A DNA stretch of 64,000 nt from Patescibacteria group bacterium (lineage in GTDB: Bacteria > Patescibacteriota > Microgenomatia > 0-14-0-10-38-17), in NCBI GenBank assembly GCA_050947035.1, contig JBMNVW010000001.1, positions 48,967 through 112,966 on the forward strand. The letters run 5' to 3'. Position numbers and translations under genes: made by a program. Every line of letters starts with the position of its first letter. Position 1 is the stretch's first letter. Below the pieces are notes generated by a model. That model saw nothing but the letters and a program-made list of their open reading frames with translations, did no database searches and was not told the DNA's origin. This document shows, piece after piece, positions 1-10,667 of this stretch.

Positions 1-1403
1 TCACCCTTCTTATCGGTAACGATACCAATAGCAATTCCGGCTACAGGATCAGAAATGGGAACTCCGGCATCCATTAGTGACAAAGATGAGGAGCAAACTG
101 AAGCCATCGAAGTGGAACCATTGGAAGACATCACTTCAGAAACCAAAAGAATCGTGTAAGGAAAATCTTCCTCCGAAGGAATAACCGGCAACAGGGCTTT
201 TTCAGCCAAAGCGCCATGGCCAATTTCTCTTCTACCCGGACCACGCATAAAGCCGGCTTCACCAACAGTAAAGGGAGGCATAGAATAATGATGAATATAG
301 CGTTTTTCTTCTTCACCCTCAGGGCTTTCAATCATTTGACCCAAAGATAATGGCCCCAAAGTAGCAATATTCAAAACATGAGTTTGGCCTCTTTTGAAAA
401 GAGAACTACCGTGAGTCCGAGGCAAAAGATCGATCTCAGCACTAATTGGCCGAACCTCGTCTGTCTTTCGGCCATCAGGACGAAGCCCTTTTAGAAGACG
501 TTTCTTAATCGCTTTCTTAAAGAGTTTTTCAACTATCTTGCCAACCTCTTTGGAATCGTCATCTTGAAAATGATCAATGGCTGCCTCTTTAATGGCTGAT
601 AAATGATCTAAGCAATTCCCCTTCTTTTCAAAAATTGCCGATAGATCTTTGCTTGCAAAGCGGGAAACTTCTTCTTCCAAAACCTTGTTTTCGGTCGGTT
701 TGAAAGTAACCTTATCTTTACCCGCCTCTTTACCCATATCGACAATAAAGTCTATCAATTTGCCATTGCCTTTCATAGCAAAATCAATCGCTGAATCAAC
801 GGTTTCTTCTTTAACTTGGTTGCCTTCTGCCTCAATCATAACCGCTCTCTTATCGGTACCAGCCACAATTAAATCTAGGGCCGACTTCTCTTTTTGATCA
901 GTAGTAGGGTTAAGAATTAGCTCTCCCTTTTCATCTTGACCAACACCAACAATTCCTAATGGTCCTTGCCAGGGGGCTGGTGAAAAGGTTAAAGCAGTAA
1001 AAGAGGCAATTGCTCCCAGCAAAACCGGATCATTTTGTCCATCAACTGACAAAACAGTAATAACAATATGTGTCTCATTCAAATAGCCTTCAGGGAAAAA
1101 TGGTCTAATAGAACGATCAATTAAGCGCCCTGCCAAAACCGCCTCATCGGAAGGGCGGCCCTCACGCTTTACCCAACGACTACCCTTAATACGACCACCG
1201 GCATAAAGCTTTTCTAAATAATCAACGGTTAGGGGAAAATAACCCAATTCCGGCTTCTCCCTACCGGTAACTACTGTTGCTAAAACACAAGTATCGCCAT
1301 ATTGGGCCAAAACCGCCATATCGGCTTGAGGAGCAAAACGCCCCACTTCTAAGCTTAGGGACCGACCACCTAATTTGATTTCTTTTTTAATAACTTTGGT
1401 CAT
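1..1403 (-). CDS. pnp: Polynucleotide phosphorylase (PNPase), N-terminal ~467 aa; gene continues beyond the window start
   Basis: Reverse strand reads MTKVIKKEIKLGGRSLSLEVGRFAPQADMAVLAQYGDTCVLATVV...GRIKGSRWVKREGRPSDEAVLAGRLIDRSIRPFFPEGY..., typical of the RNase PH domains of PNPase. ATG is at 1403..1401. No stop before position 1, so it is absent from the ORF track. Directly downstream of rpsO as in the conserved rpsO-pnp operon. Confidence 0.9.
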   Translation of the reverse strand, partial: MTKVIKKEIKLGGRSLSLEVGRFAPQADMAVLAQYGDTCVLATVVTGREKPELGYFPLTVDYLEKLYAGGRIKGSRWVKREGRPSDEAVLAGRLIDRSIRPFFPEGYLNETHIVITVLSVDGQNDPVLLGAIASFTALTFSPAPWQGPLGIVGVGQDEKGELILNPTTDQKEKSALDLIVAGTDKRAVMIEAEGNQVKEETVDSAIDFAMKGNGKLIDFIVDMGKEAGKDKVTFKPTENKVLEEEVSRFASKDLSAIFEKKGNCLDHLSAIKEAAIDHFQDDDSKEVGKIVEKLFKKAIKKRLLKGLRPDGRKTDEVRPISAEIDLLPRTHGSSLFKRGQTHVLNIATLGPLSLGQMIESPEGEEEKRYIHHYSMPPFTVGEAGFMRGPGRREIGHGALAEKALLPVIPSEEDFPYTILLVSEVMSSNGSTSMASVCSSSLSLMDAGVPISDPVAGIAIGIVTDKKG

Positions 1404-1507
1404 AATAATGTTTGTTCTTTAAACTTCGAATAATTTTTAATAACAAGAGGGATTTGGCCAAGGGAAATTCTTTATTTGGAAGGTCCTTGGGGAAACAATC
1501 CTTAAGT

Positions 1508-1777
1508 TTATCTTTTTAATTCTAATTTTTTGATTAATCCTTGATAGCGTTTTTGATAACGGTTAGACAGATAGTTTAATAATCGACGTCTTTTAGAGAC
1601 CATCGAAAGCAAGCCTCGACGAGAATGAACGTCTTTTTTGTGTTCTTTCAAATGATCAGCCAACTTGTTGATTTGGGCGGTTAAGAGAGCAACTTGAATC
1701 TCGGGAGAACCAGTATCACCTTTTTCAACCGCAAACTCTTTAATAATCTTCTCTTTTTCCTCTTTTTTTAAAGACAT
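1508..1777 (-). CDS. rpsO: 30S ribosomal protein S15
   Basis: 89 aa, [70 protein letters not shown], the classic S15 sequence; sits upstream of pnp. Confidence 0.92.
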   Translation of the reverse strand: MSLKKEEKEKIIKEFAVEKGDTGSPEIQVALLTAQINKLADHLKEHKKDVHSRRGLLSMVSKRRRLLNYLSNRYQKRYQGLIKKLELKR

Positions 1778-1869
1778 TTTAAGTGGACTTGATTTTTTTT
1801 ATCCTTTTTAATCGTTCTTATTCTAACACCTTAATGGGGAAAAAAACAAGAGGCAATTTTTTCATCACT

Positions 1870-2697
1870 TTATTGACCGCTGCCTCGATAAATTTTGGGC
1901 TTATTAAAACGGCCTGGCTCTTTTTGCTTTTCTTGACTTTGACTGACTTCTTTATCTTTAAGTTGACCGCCAGCCCTCAGACAAAAAGCCGCCGCTTCAA
2001 AAGGACCAGGACCAATTTCCGAAAGAGAAAAAGAATTAGTGGCCGCTTGAAGCCCCAATAATAAATTCTGGGCCGCCTCTGATCCAAAAGACAACGATAG
2101 ACCTTCAATAACCCCAGCAACAACCTCGGAAAAAGAGAAGGCCTCAGTATCAATTAACTTAATTTGACCAAAAAACTCCGCCTGGTCAATGTTAATGTTA
2201 ATCAAGTTTAAATTATTAGGAATATCTTTGGCTCCCACAGACTGAATGGCTTGATCAAGCTGGGCTCGAGAAGAAAAACCCAAAGCAATAATATTATTAA
2301 TTTGGCCATCGCCTTTTTTAAACTTGACTAGATCCTGGCTAATAGCCGGAGCCTGGGTTTTTGGTTCAATTACCAAACTAACCCGTTCTTCTTCTTGATC
2401 ATCCCAATTAATTTTCTCAATATTTTTTAAAGGATAATTAATATTAATAATAAAGCTTCTTCCTTCCGCCTGATCGGTGATTTTGTCAACACCAATAACT
2501 TGACTAAACTCGACTGTCAATGATCGGGGACAAAGAACCTGAGTTTTTTTACCACTTTTATTTAATGAATCAGAAAGAGCAGCGGCAGCGGCCACCTGAT
2601 CTAAACGAGGCTTTTGGGGAAGCAAAATCTTAATCTCTTCAACCTGGCTTAACCAAGCATTGAGATCAGAAAGTGGATAACTTTTTTTATTCATCAA
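1870..2697 (-). CDS. DHH/NrnA-like protein with degenerate catalytic motifs (hypothetical)
   Basis: 275 aa between infB and rpsO, where many bacteria carry rbfA/truB/nrnA. The N-terminus LLPQKPRLDQVAAAAALSDSLNKSGKKTQVL aligns in shape with the DHH motif region (HxxPDGDAIGSxLAL) but lacks DHH/GGGH residues. Confidence 0.35.
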   Translation of the reverse strand: MMNKKSYPLSDLNAWLSQVEEIKILLPQKPRLDQVAAAAALSDSLNKSGKKTQVLCPRSLTVEFSQVIGVDKITDQAEGRSFIININYPLKNIEKINWDDQEEERVSLVIEPKTQAPAISQDLVKFKKGDGQINNIIALGFSSRAQLDQAIQSVGAKDIPNNLNLININIDQAEFFGQIKLIDTEAFSFSEVVAGVIEGLSLSFGSEAAQNLLLGLQAATNSFSLSEIGPGPFEAAAFCLRAGGQLKDKEVSQSQEKQKEPGRFNKPKIYRGSGQ

Positions 2698-2713
2698 TAT
2701 AGTGAATCAAACT

Positions 2714-4153
2714 TTAATCTTGCTGATATTTTATCATATCGCCAATCTTAAAATCAACGGCCGGAGAAAATGTTGCCCCAAACTCTTGGCCTTTTTTGAC
2801 ACGGTCAATTTTCTTCGATCCCTGTTGTAAAGAAACAATTTTAGTTTTTTTCTTCTTCCCTCCCTGGTTAATAATTGTTACTCTGGTTCCTTTTTCAATT
2901 TCACCTAAAATAACTTTAGCTCCTGCCACTCGGCCATCAGGAACGGTAAAATCGGCAATAATTTCTGCTTGACCGAGAATTTTTTTCTCCTCTTCGATTG
3001 TTTCCAAAGCTTTCAACTTTTCTTCAATAGACTGAAGTAGCTCATAAATTATTTCTTCCGTCTGGACATCAACTTCTTCGGCTTCAGCCAAATCAGCCAC
3101 TCGCCGAGAAAGAGAAACATTAAAACCAATAATTTCCGCCCCACCTGAAGAAGCAAAGAAAACATCAGAATCATTAATGTCACCGACTCCACTTTCAATT
3201 ATAGAGATTTTCTTCTGGGGGATTGAATTAATCAATGCCTCCAGAGTTCCTTGAGTATCGGCCTTAACAACTAATCTTAATAGGGTCTTTTCTTCTTGAT
3301 CAGCGGAGACTTCCTTTAAAAAGGGACGATCCGATTTGCCTACTTCAAGGGCAGGATCAGAAATTAAGCTTCCCGCCGCCAAGGGTTTGGTAAAACCCAA
3401 AATTGATACCGGCTGACTAATAAGGGCCTCTTTAATTGGCTGACCAGAATCATCAAAAAGGGCCCGAACCTTAGCCTCCTCTTCTTCGGCAACTAATTTC
3501 TGACCAACCAATAGCTTGCCCTGCTTAACAATCGCTGTTACTAGCATCCCTCTTTTGACATCAAGACCAGATTCAAGTACCACTCCTTGAAACGGCTTCT
3601 GGGGTTGATAGTCAAGTTCATTCATTTGAGAAAGCAGGACAATCATTTCTAAAAGTTCGTCAATTCCTTCCCCAGTTTTGGCCGAAACGGGCACCAAAAC
3701 AATATCTCCACCTCGATCCTCAGCAACAATCCCAAATTGGGTTAATTTATTTTTAACTTCTTCTTGATTGGCATTGGGTAAATCCATCTTGTTTAGGGCA
3801 ATTAGAAAGGGTACACCGGCACTTTTTATATGGTCAAGACATTCTTTGGTTTGAGGCTTAATTCCCTCATCGGCGGCAATAACCAAAACAACTAAATCGG
3901 TAATTTTAGCTCCTTGGGCCCTCATTTTCTCAAAAACCTTGTGACCAGGAGTATCAATAAAAGTAATTTTTTGATCATTGAAAACAATCTGATAAGCACC
4001 AACGTGCTGGGTAATACCACCAGCCTCCTTGTCTTGCAGTTTGCTTTGACGAATCCGATCTAAAAGAGATGTTTTACCATGATCAATGTGCCCCATTAGG
4101 GTAACGACAGGGGGGCGAGAAGGGGTGGAGGAATTTGTCTTTTTCTTGACCAT
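2714..4153 (-). CDS. infB: Translation initiation factor IF-2 (short form lacking N-terminal domains)
   Basis: 479 aa with a GTPase G-domain (GHIDHGKTSLLD, DTPGH, NKMD) followed by typical IF-2 domains; directly downstream of nusA. Confidence 0.95.
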   Translation of the reverse strand: MVKKKTNSSTPSRPPVVTLMGHIDHGKTSLLDRIRQSKLQDKEAGGITQHVGAYQIVFNDQKITFIDTPGHKVFEKMRAQGAKITDLVVLVIAADEGIKPQTKECLDHIKSAGVPFLIALNKMDLPNANQEEVKNKLTQFGIVAEDRGGDIVLVPVSAKTGEGIDELLEMIVLLSQMNELDYQPQKPFQGVVLESGLDVKRGMLVTAIVKQGKLLVGQKLVAEEEEAKVRALFDDSGQPIKEALISQPVSILGFTKPLAAGSLISDPALEVGKSDRPFLKEVSADQEEKTLLRLVVKADTQGTLEALINSIPQKKISIIESGVGDINDSDVFFASSGGAEIIGFNVSLSRRVADLAEAEEVDVQTEEIIYELLQSIEEKLKALETIEEEKKILGQAEIIADFTVPDGRVAGAKVILGEIEKGTRVTIINQGGKKKKTKIVSLQQGSKKIDRVKKGQEFGATFSPAVDFKIGDMIKYQQD

Positions 4154-4209
4154 AAATATTAATTAATAAATTGTTTTCGAAAATCTGGCTAATTAGAAAA
4201 TTCTTGCCT

Positions 4210-5370
4210 TTATTCATCTTTTCCAGACTGCTTTTTGTCTTGATCAGGCTTTTTGTCTTGATCAGGCTTTTTCTTTTTAGTCTTCTTGGCTTTTTTATTT
4301 TTTTTGGTTTCTTTAGCCTCATCAGCCGTTTCATTAGCGGACTCATCAGCGGATTTTTTATCAGCCTTTTTGGTCTTTTTTTCAGGCAAGGCTGAGGAGT
4401 CGATGTCAATCTCAAAATCAGTTAATTGACTGGCCAAACGAACGTTTTGACCATCTTTGCCAATTGCCAAAGATAATTGGTCCTCAGGAGCAGAAACTTT
4501 AGCTTTTTTTTCTTCTTGATCAAGATCAATAACTAAGTCCTCGGCCGGTAAAAGAGCCGCCGCAATCAATTTCTCCGGATCGGAAGAAAACTGAATAACA
4601 TCAACCTTTTCTCCTCCCAAAGCCTTAATAACTTCGGCCACTCGAACTCCTTTTTGGCCAACACAAGCTCCCACCGGATCAACGCCCCGCCGATTAGAAT
4701 AAACCGCCAACTTTGTTCTAACACCGGCTTGACGAGCGATAGCCCGAATTTCAACCGTGTTGTTGTTAATTTCCGGTACTTCTCGACGAAAAAGAGATTT
4801 AACCAAATCCGAACTTGTCCGAGAAAGAACAATTTGCCGCCCTCTTTCTTCGCTTTGGGTAATTTCTTTAATTAAAAAGTTAAGCTTAACTCCAATCGAG
4901 TAATCTTCGCCGTGAATTTGCTCTGATAAAGGCAAAATCCCATAAGTTCGACCAATATCAACAACCACCCTCCGACCATCTTGGCGAATAACTGTTCCCA
5001 TTGTCACCGAACCCACCTTGTCTTTATAATCATCAATAATGGCCGATTTTTCTGCCTCACGCACTTTTTGTAAAATAACTTGTTTGGCTGTTTGAGTAGC
5101 AATTCGGCCAAAACCGGGCGGAGTTACTTCCAACTTTTGGTCCGGTTTTTCTTCTGGAAACCCATAAATTTTTACTCCACCAGTTTTATTATCCAGACTA
5201 ACCTGATACTCCCAGTCCTCATGAAAACTACCCTCTTCTTGGGCATCACGGACAAAGGCGGCTAAAATTGCCTCCTCAATACTCAATAAAACCACCTCTG
5301 GGTCAATACTTCTTTCCCGAGCTAGCTCAGCAACGGCAATAGAAAATTCTGTTCTTGATAATTGGGCCAT
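4210..5370 (-). CDS. nusA: Transcription termination/antitermination factor NusA with Lys-rich C-terminal tail
   Basis: 386 aa, MAQLSRTEFSIAVAELARERSIDPEVVLLSIEEAILAAF..., S1/KH architecture, nusA-infB order. C-terminus is KK/PDQDKK repeat-rich. Confidence 0.93.
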   Translation of the reverse strand: MAQLSRTEFSIAVAELARERSIDPEVVLLSIEEAILAAFVRDAQEEGSFHEDWEYQVSLDNKTGGVKIYGFPEEKPDQKLEVTPPGFGRIATQTAKQVILQKVREAEKSAIIDDYKDKVGSVTMGTVIRQDGRRVVVDIGRTYGILPLSEQIHGEDYSIGVKLNFLIKEITQSEERGRQIVLSRTSSDLVKSLFRREVPEINNNTVEIRAIARQAGVRTKLAVYSNRRGVDPVGACVGQKGVRVAEVIKALGGEKVDVIQFSSDPEKLIAAALLPAEDLVIDLDQEEKKAKVSAPEDQLSLAIGKDGQNVRLASQLTDFEIDIDSSALPEKKTKKADKKSADESANETADEAKETKKNKKAKKTKKKKPDQDKKPDQDKKQSGKDE

Positions 5371-5599
5371 AAATAATTAATAAAAAATTAAAAAAAATGG
5401 TGGGCTCTCCCCACCACCAACTTCTTCTCTTAAAAAATAACTAACGCTACTACTAATGGTAGTTTTCTTTATCGCTATTAACCGTCTAACTTTCTAAACC
5501 TTCTTGTTCGTTATTCGATTAAAAGCTATCAAAACCACCCTCTAATCTAACATAAAAAGGCTCCCTAGTCAATGAAAAATATAGACAAAATTGCTCTTT

Positions 5600-5652
5600 C
5601 TAAGGGTCCGAAGCTATCCGACCCTTAGGGTTAAACAGCTTCGGACCTTTGG
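5600..5652. repeat. REP-like palindromic element, copy A (full, one mismatch in left arm)
   Basis: CTAAGGGTCCGAAGCTATCCGACCCTTAGGGTTAAACAGCTTCGGACCTTTGG. Outer inverted repeat GGTCCGAAGCT/AGCTTCGGACC encloses an inner near-palindrome CCGACCCTTAGGGTT. It is the reverse complement of the copies at 14860 and 34201. Confidence 0.8.
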
Positions 5653-5689
5653 TTTTGATTGGCAAGGACCAGCCAAGCTTGACATCTTC

Positions 5690-5716
5690 TTAGCAATCGT
5701 GATATAGTTTTGCTAA
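5690..5716 (+). promoter_or_regulatory. CIRCE-like HrcA operator (TTAGCAATC-N9-TTTTGCTAA) overlapping a -10-like TATAGT
   Basis: TTAGCAATCGTGATATAGTTTTGCTAA lies 16 nt upstream of the hrcA ATG. Consensus CIRCE is TTAGCACTC-N9-GAGTGCTAA; the 7-bp inverted repeat TTAGCAA/TTGCTAA is conserved. Confidence 0.7.
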
Positions 5717-5732
5717 TCAAGGCGAGAAAAAT

Positions 5733-6458
5733 ATGGCCCCAACTAATCGTCAAATTGCCATCTTGAAAGCTCTAATCGAAGAATACATTGAAACAGCCGA
5801 ACCCGTTTCTTCTGATGCGGTAGAAAAAAAATATAACCTTGGAGTTTCTCCGGCTACCATTAGAAATGAAATGGCCGTTTTAACTGAGGAGGGCTTCATC
5901 AAAAAACCTCATGTTTCGGCCGGACGAGTCCCTACCCCAATGGGGCTCAAGTTTTATATTCAAAATCTTCTGGAAACCAAGCCTGTTCCCGTTACTCAAG
6001 AAGTCACGGTAAAAGAGCGGGTTTGGGATTATCGCCAAGAAGTTAATAAATTAATTGACGAAGCCCTTAGTGAGTTAGCCAGATTAACCGGTTCGATGGC
6101 TTTGGCGATATCAGAAAAGGACCAAGAGTTTAATTGGTCGGGGGTAGCTAATATTTTAGATTTCCCCGAATTTTGGGATATTGACCTAACCCACGCCCTA
6201 CTTTCTCTTTTAGATGATGTTTCTTTTTGGCAAAAATTAGCCAATCAAGTTCACGGCGAAGCTCGAGTTAGCGTTTTATTGGGGGATGATTTTGGCAACG
6301 AAATCTTAGAGCCTTGTGGTTTTGTTTTTACTAAAATTAAGCTTGGCTCCAAAGACTATATCTTGGGAATTGTCGGCCCTAGCCGCTGTCCATACCAACA
6401 AGTTATTCCTTTAGTTGATTATTTTGGCCGATTAATTAGTGAAATTGGCCAAGAGTAA
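5733..6458 (+). CDS. hrcA: Heat-inducible transcription repressor HrcA (short, 241 aa)
   Basis: MAPTNRQIAILKALIEEYIETAEPVSSDAVEKKYNLGVSPATIRNEMAVLTEEGFIKKPHVSAGRVPT is a winged-helix HrcA N-terminus; first gene of the hrcA-grpE-dnaK-dnaJ operon. Confidence 0.85.
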   Translation: MAPTNRQIAILKALIEEYIETAEPVSSDAVEKKYNLGVSPATIRNEMAVLTEEGFIKKPHVSAGRVPTPMGLKFYIQNLLETKPVPVTQEVTVKERVWDYRQEVNKLIDEALSELARLTGSMALAISEKDQEFNWSGVANILDFPEFWDIDLTHALLSLLDDVSFWQKLANQVHGEARVSVLLGDDFGNEILEPCGFVFTKIKLGSKDYILGIVGPSRCPYQQVIPLVDYFGRLISEIGQE

Positions 6459-6557
6459 GAAATAAAAATTTCCAATTCCCAAGTCCCAATTTCCAAATCC
6501 CAGACATTAAATCATTAAAAATTAACTAAAAACCTTAAATTAATAATTTTTAATATT

Positions 6558-7025
6558 ATGGTTAAGAAAAAAACCGAAAAAAGCAAGAAAAATTCAAAAA
6601 AAGATCAAGATTTTCGTCAAGAACTTAAAAAATTAGAGGAACAATTAAAAAGGGCTCTGGCTGATTATGATAATTTGGAAAAAAGAATTAATCGGGAAAA
6701 AAATAATTGGATCAATTCGGCCAATGAGGCTCTAATTGACAAGTTGCTGTTTGTTTTTGATGATTTAGAACGAGCCTGTCAAAGCATCTCTGATCCCGGT
6801 CTGTCCATGGTTCGAGATCAGTTTTGGAAAATTTTATCTAACGAGGGTGTGGAAAAAGTTGACAGTCAAGGCAAAAAATTCAACGCCCAAACCATGGACG
6901 CCCAAGAATTGGTACCCGGAGAAAAAGAAAAAGTTATTGAGGAAACTTGTCCTGGCTATTTATATCAAGGCAAATGTCTTCGTCCAGCCAAAGTCAAGGT
7001 TGGCCAAGGAAAAAATGGCTCTTGA
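6558..7025 (+). CDS. grpE: Nucleotide exchange factor GrpE
   Basis: 155 aa, coiled-coil N-terminus, LKRALADYDNLEKRINREK... GrpE signature; between hrcA and dnaK. Confidence 0.9.
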   Translation: MVKKKTEKSKKNSKKDQDFRQELKKLEEQLKRALADYDNLEKRINREKNNWINSANEALIDKLLFVFDDLERACQSISDPGLSMVRDQFWKILSNEGVEKVDSQGKKFNAQTMDAQELVPGEKEKVIEETCPGYLYQGKCLRPAKVKVGQGKNGS

Positions 7026-7068
7026 CAACTCTTTAGCAGTCATGATAACTTATTGCTAAGAATTAATT

Positions 7069-8982
7069 ATGACCGACAAAACAAGCGCAAAAATTATTGG
7101 CATTGATCTGGGTACCACCAACTCCTGTGTGGCCGTTATGGAGGGAGGCAAACCCACCGTTATCCCCACTGAAGAAGGCGGCCGACTTATTCCTTCTGTG
7201 GTTGAACCCACTAAAAGCTTGGTTGGCGAACCAGCCAAAAGGCAAATGATCATTAATCCCCAAAATACTTTCTTTTCTATTAAGCGATTGATGGGCAAGC
7301 GTTTTGATGCCGATTCCGTCAAAAAGGACAAAAAATGGCTCCCCTACAAAGTAGTTAAAGGAAAAAACGATTTGGCGGTTGTCGAAACTGAAGATGGCAA
7401 ACAGTTTACCCCCCAAGAAATTTCGGCCAAAATTTTACAAAAGGCCCGAGCAGACGCTGAGAGCTATTTGGGTGAAAAAGTAGGCCAAGCCGTTATTACT
7501 GTTCCGGCCTATTTTGATGATTCTCAACGCCAAGCCACCAAAGAGGCCGGCGAGATTGCTGGCTTAAAAGTGGCCCGAATTATCAACGAACCAACCGCTT
7601 CGGCTCTAGCTTATGGTTTAGATAAAAAAAAGGCCGAGAAAGTAGCTGTTTTTGATTTAGGCGGGGGAACCTTTGATATTTCTATTTTAGAAATCAGTGA
7701 TGGGGTCTATGAGGTCCTTTCCACTAACGGCGATACCCACCTGGGGGGAGACGACTGGAATCAAAAAATTATCGAATATGTTTTAGCTGAATTTAAAAAG
7801 GAACAGGGCATCGACCTGTCCAGCGACTCCCAGGCCAAACAAAGAATAAAAGATGCCGCCGAAAAAGCTAAAATTGAACTTTCTTCTTCCCAAAAAACCG
7901 AAATTAACCTCCCCTTTATCACTCAAGGAGAGTCTGGCCCTCTTCATCTTAACGTTTCCTTAACCAGAGCCAAACTAGAACAAATTACCAACGATCTGAT
8001 AGATCGGCTTCTGTCCCCAGTCAAAGCCGCCCTAAAAGATGCCAAGCTTAAGGTTGACGACATTGATGAGATTTTATTAGTAGGCGGTCAAACTCGAATG
8101 CCCAAAATCCGTCAAATAGTCAAAAAATTCTTTGATAAAGAGCCTAATAAATCGGTTAATCCTGACGAGGTAGTGGCTCTGGGAGCCGCCGTCCAGGGCG
8201 GGGTTTTGGCTGGTGAAGTCAAAGATGTAGTTTTACTAGATGTTACCCCACTCACCTTGGGTTTGGAAACTTTGGGCGGAGTGGCGACGCCTTTAATTGA
8301 AAGAAATACTACTATCCCAGTTAGTAAATCCCAAGTTTTTTCCACCGCCGCCGATAACCAAACCCAAGTAGAAGTTCACGTTGTTCAAGGCGAGCGGCCA
8401 ATGGCGACTGACAATAAATCTCTGGGCCGTTTTATTCTTGATGGCCTACCACCAGCTCCTCGAGGCGTACCCCAAATTGAAATTACTTTCGATATCGATT
8501 CTAACGGAATTTTAACCGTTACCGCCAAAGACAAGGCTACTGGCAAATCTCAAGATATTACTATTAAAGGTTCAACCGGCTTGTCAGAAGAAGAAATTGA
8601 AAAAATGACCCAAGAAGCTAAAGCCCATGAAGAAGAAGACCAAAATAAAAAAGCCCTAATTGAAGCCAAAAATAAAGCCGACAACTTGGTCTTCAGCGTA
8701 GAAAAAAACTTAAAAGACCTGGGTGATAAAATGGGCAAAGACGATCAAAAAACCCTAAAAAGCCAAATTGAAAAAATTAAAAAACTGTTAGAAAAAGAAT
8801 CGGTCACCAAAGAAGAGCTGGATAAAGAAACTAACCAATTAATGGAAACCTGGCAAAAATTAGGCCAAAAAATTCACCAAGCTGCTCAAAAAAATAAAGA
8901 CGACCAAGCCAAGGGATCAGCCAAATCAAAAAATAAAGAAAATGATAAGGGGGAAGCTGAAGAAGGCGAAGTAGTTAATTAA
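7069..8982 (+). CDS. dnaK: Chaperone DnaK (Hsp70)
   Basis: 637 aa, [30 protein letters not shown] Hsp70 signatures. Confidence 0.97.
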   Translation: MTDKTSAKIIGIDLGTTNSCVAVMEGGKPTVIPTEEGGRLIPSVVEPTKSLVGEPAKRQMIINPQNTFFSIKRLMGKRFDADSVKKDKKWLPYKVVKGKNDLAVVETEDGKQFTPQEISAKILQKARADAESYLGEKVGQAVITVPAYFDDSQRQATKEAGEIAGLKVARIINEPTASALAYGLDKKKAEKVAVFDLGGGTFDISILEISDGVYEVLSTNGDTHLGGDDWNQKIIEYVLAEFKKEQGIDLSSDSQAKQRIKDAAEKAKIELSSSQKTEINLPFITQGESGPLHLNVSLTRAKLEQITNDLIDRLLSPVKAALKDAKLKVDDIDEILLVGGQTRMPKIRQIVKKFFDKEPNKSVNPDEVVALGAAVQGGVLAGEVKDVVLLDVTPLTLGLETLGGVATPLIERNTTIPVSKSQVFSTAADNQTQVEVHVVQGERPMATDNKSLGRFILDGLPPAPRGVPQIEITFDIDSNGILTVTAKDKATGKSQDITIKGSTGLSEEEIEKMTQEAKAHEEEDQNKKALIEAKNKADNLVFSVEKNLKDLGDKMGKDDQKTLKSQIEKIKKLLEKESVTKEELDKETNQLMETWQKLGQKIHQAAQKNKDDQAKGSAKSKNKENDKGEAEEGEVVN

Positions 8983-9012
8983 TTTACCTTTCCCCTACCA
9001 ATTTATTAATAG

Positions 9013-9039
9013 GGCGCCCTTTTTAGGAGCGCCTTTTTT
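9013..9039 (+). terminator. Rho-independent terminator after dnaK
   Basis: GGCGCCC...GGAGCGCC stem (7 bp with a 1-nt bulge) followed by TTTTTT. Confidence 0.5.
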
Positions 9040-9090
9040 GTTAAAATAAATTACATTGCTAGATTCTAAATACTAAATACTATTTTACTT

Positions 9091-9924
9091 ATGGCCAAAG
9101 ACTATTATCAAATTCTAGGTTTAGAAAAGGGGGCCAGCCCTGAAGAAATCAAAAAAGCTTATCGAAAATTGGCTCTTAAATGGCATCCGGACAAAAACAA
9201 GTCGGCTGAAGCGGAAAAGCGTTTTAAGGAAATTAATCAAGCCTACGAAGTCTTGTCTGACCCACAAAAAAAACAAGCCTACGACCAATATGGAAAAGCG
9301 GCTTTCTCGGGCGACTCTCCTTTTGGTCAAAACAAAGGCCAGCAAGGCCCTTTTACTTATAGTTACTCCTGGGGTGGGCAGGGTGACGATTTTTTTGCCG
9401 GTTTCTCCGATCCTTTTGATATTTTTGAATCATTTTTTGGCGGTCGGTCTCCTTTTGGTCGTCGAGAACAAGTTCCCGGATATCAAATTAATCTTCCCCT
9501 AAAAGAGGCAATTACCGGCACAGAAAAAGAAATTGAAATTAACGGGGAAAAAAGGAAAGTTAAAATTCCCCCCGGTGTTGAAACCGGCTCTCGCATTAAG
9601 TTTAAAGACTTTTACTTAATCACCCAAGTTTTACCTGATGACAATTTCTCTCGTCAGGGCACTGATTTAATTACCAAAAAAAAGATCAAATTTAAAACCG
9701 CCATCTTGGGCGATACCGTTACTATTACCAATATCGATGGTGAAAAAATTAAATTCCGGGTTCGACCGGGAACCGATTCTGGTAAGGTTATTCGGCTAAG
9801 AGGTTACGGAGCCCCAAAAAGAATTGGTTCCGGACGAGGCGATTTATATGTCCGCTTGGAAATTAAGACTCCAAAAAAATTATCAAGAAAGGAAAAAGAA
9901 ATAATTAAAAACCTAAATTTTTAA
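9091..9924 (+). CDS. dnaJ: DnaJ-family co-chaperone lacking the Cys-rich zinc-finger domain (CbpA/type II-like)
   Basis: J domain with HPD ([13 protein letters not shown]), G/F-rich region and a C-terminal substrate-binding domain; no CxxCxGxG repeats. Confidence 0.8.
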   Translation: MAKDYYQILGLEKGASPEEIKKAYRKLALKWHPDKNKSAEAEKRFKEINQAYEVLSDPQKKQAYDQYGKAAFSGDSPFGQNKGQQGPFTYSYSWGGQGDDFFAGFSDPFDIFESFFGGRSPFGRREQVPGYQINLPLKEAITGTEKEIEINGEKRKVKIPPGVETGSRIKFKDFYLITQVLPDDNFSRQGTDLITKKKIKFKTAILGDTVTITNIDGEKIKFRVRPGTDSGKVIRLRGYGAPKRIGSGRGDLYVRLEIKTPKKLSRKEKEIIKNLNF

Positions 9925-10625
9925 TCCTCGAGGCTTTGGGCTTGTTGGCCAATTAGATAGGTGATTTTGGCTTCTTCTCTTAGAGTCTGATACCAATCTT
10001 GAAATTTTTGGTTCATCTTGTCCATTCTTATCGCCTCAGTGGCTTCATCGGTTCGCTCTTTCTCACCCTCAGCCATAATTGTTTCCTCATTATCAACCAA
10101 ATATTGATCAATTTCCTCCTGAGACACTTCCACTCCTGACGATAATAGCTCTTCTAAAATCAACTGGTTCTTAATTTCTTCTCTTAGACCGGCCATCGTC
10201 ATTCCCTGAAAAGTCAAAATTTCTTCTAAGGAATTGTCTGGACCCAAGCTTTCTTTAATCTGATCAATTTCTTGATCGATAACCTCTTGATCAACAACCA
10301 CTCCTTCTTCCTTAGCCTTTTGCTCAATCAAACGCTTATCAATTATTTGATCCAACACCTGAGTGCCATATTGCTCTTCTAGAGTCTGATTATACTGCCA
10401 ACGCCAAATTGGTTGACCATTAACAACCGCCACCACCAGCCAGTGACGCTTAAAATAAAAAAAGCCCAATAAAAACAGGCCAATAACTATGGCGATAGTT
10501 GTTTTTCGAGAAAAACGAGGAAAATTTTTGCCTTTTTGAGTAGTTTTTTTCAGGCTGGTTTTAGAGGCTTTCTTGGCTTTGGAATCTTTGCTTTTAGTTT
10601 TAACCATCGCTAAATATTGTATCAT
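9921..10625 (-). CDS. Membrane-anchored SurA N-terminal-domain-like chaperone (PrsA/SurA family, no obvious PPIase domain)
   Basis: 234 aa, Lys-rich N-terminus, one TM helix, then an acidic helical domain resembling the SurA_N domain. Confidence 0.45.
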   Translation of the reverse strand: MIQYLAMVKTKSKDSKAKKASKTSLKKTTQKGKNFPRFSRKTTIAIVIGLFLLGFFYFKRHWLVVAVVNGQPIWRWQYNQTLEEQYGTQVLDQIIDKRLIEQKAKEEGVVVDQEVIDQEIDQIKESLGPDNSLEEILTFQGMTMAGLREEIKNQLILEELLSSGVEVSQEEIDQYLVDNEETIMAEGEKERTDEATEAIRMDKMNQKFQDWYQTLREEAKITYLIGQQAQSLED

Positions 10626-10667
10626 AAGTTTTTTTAAAACAAAATGTTATTTACATTATCCGAGGTC

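Noticed and set aside
131-897. ORFs 131..331 (-) and 649..897 (+) from the six-frame track
   Set aside because: They lie entirely inside, and out of frame with, the clearly conserved pnp reading frame on the minus strand. They are low-complexity and spurious.
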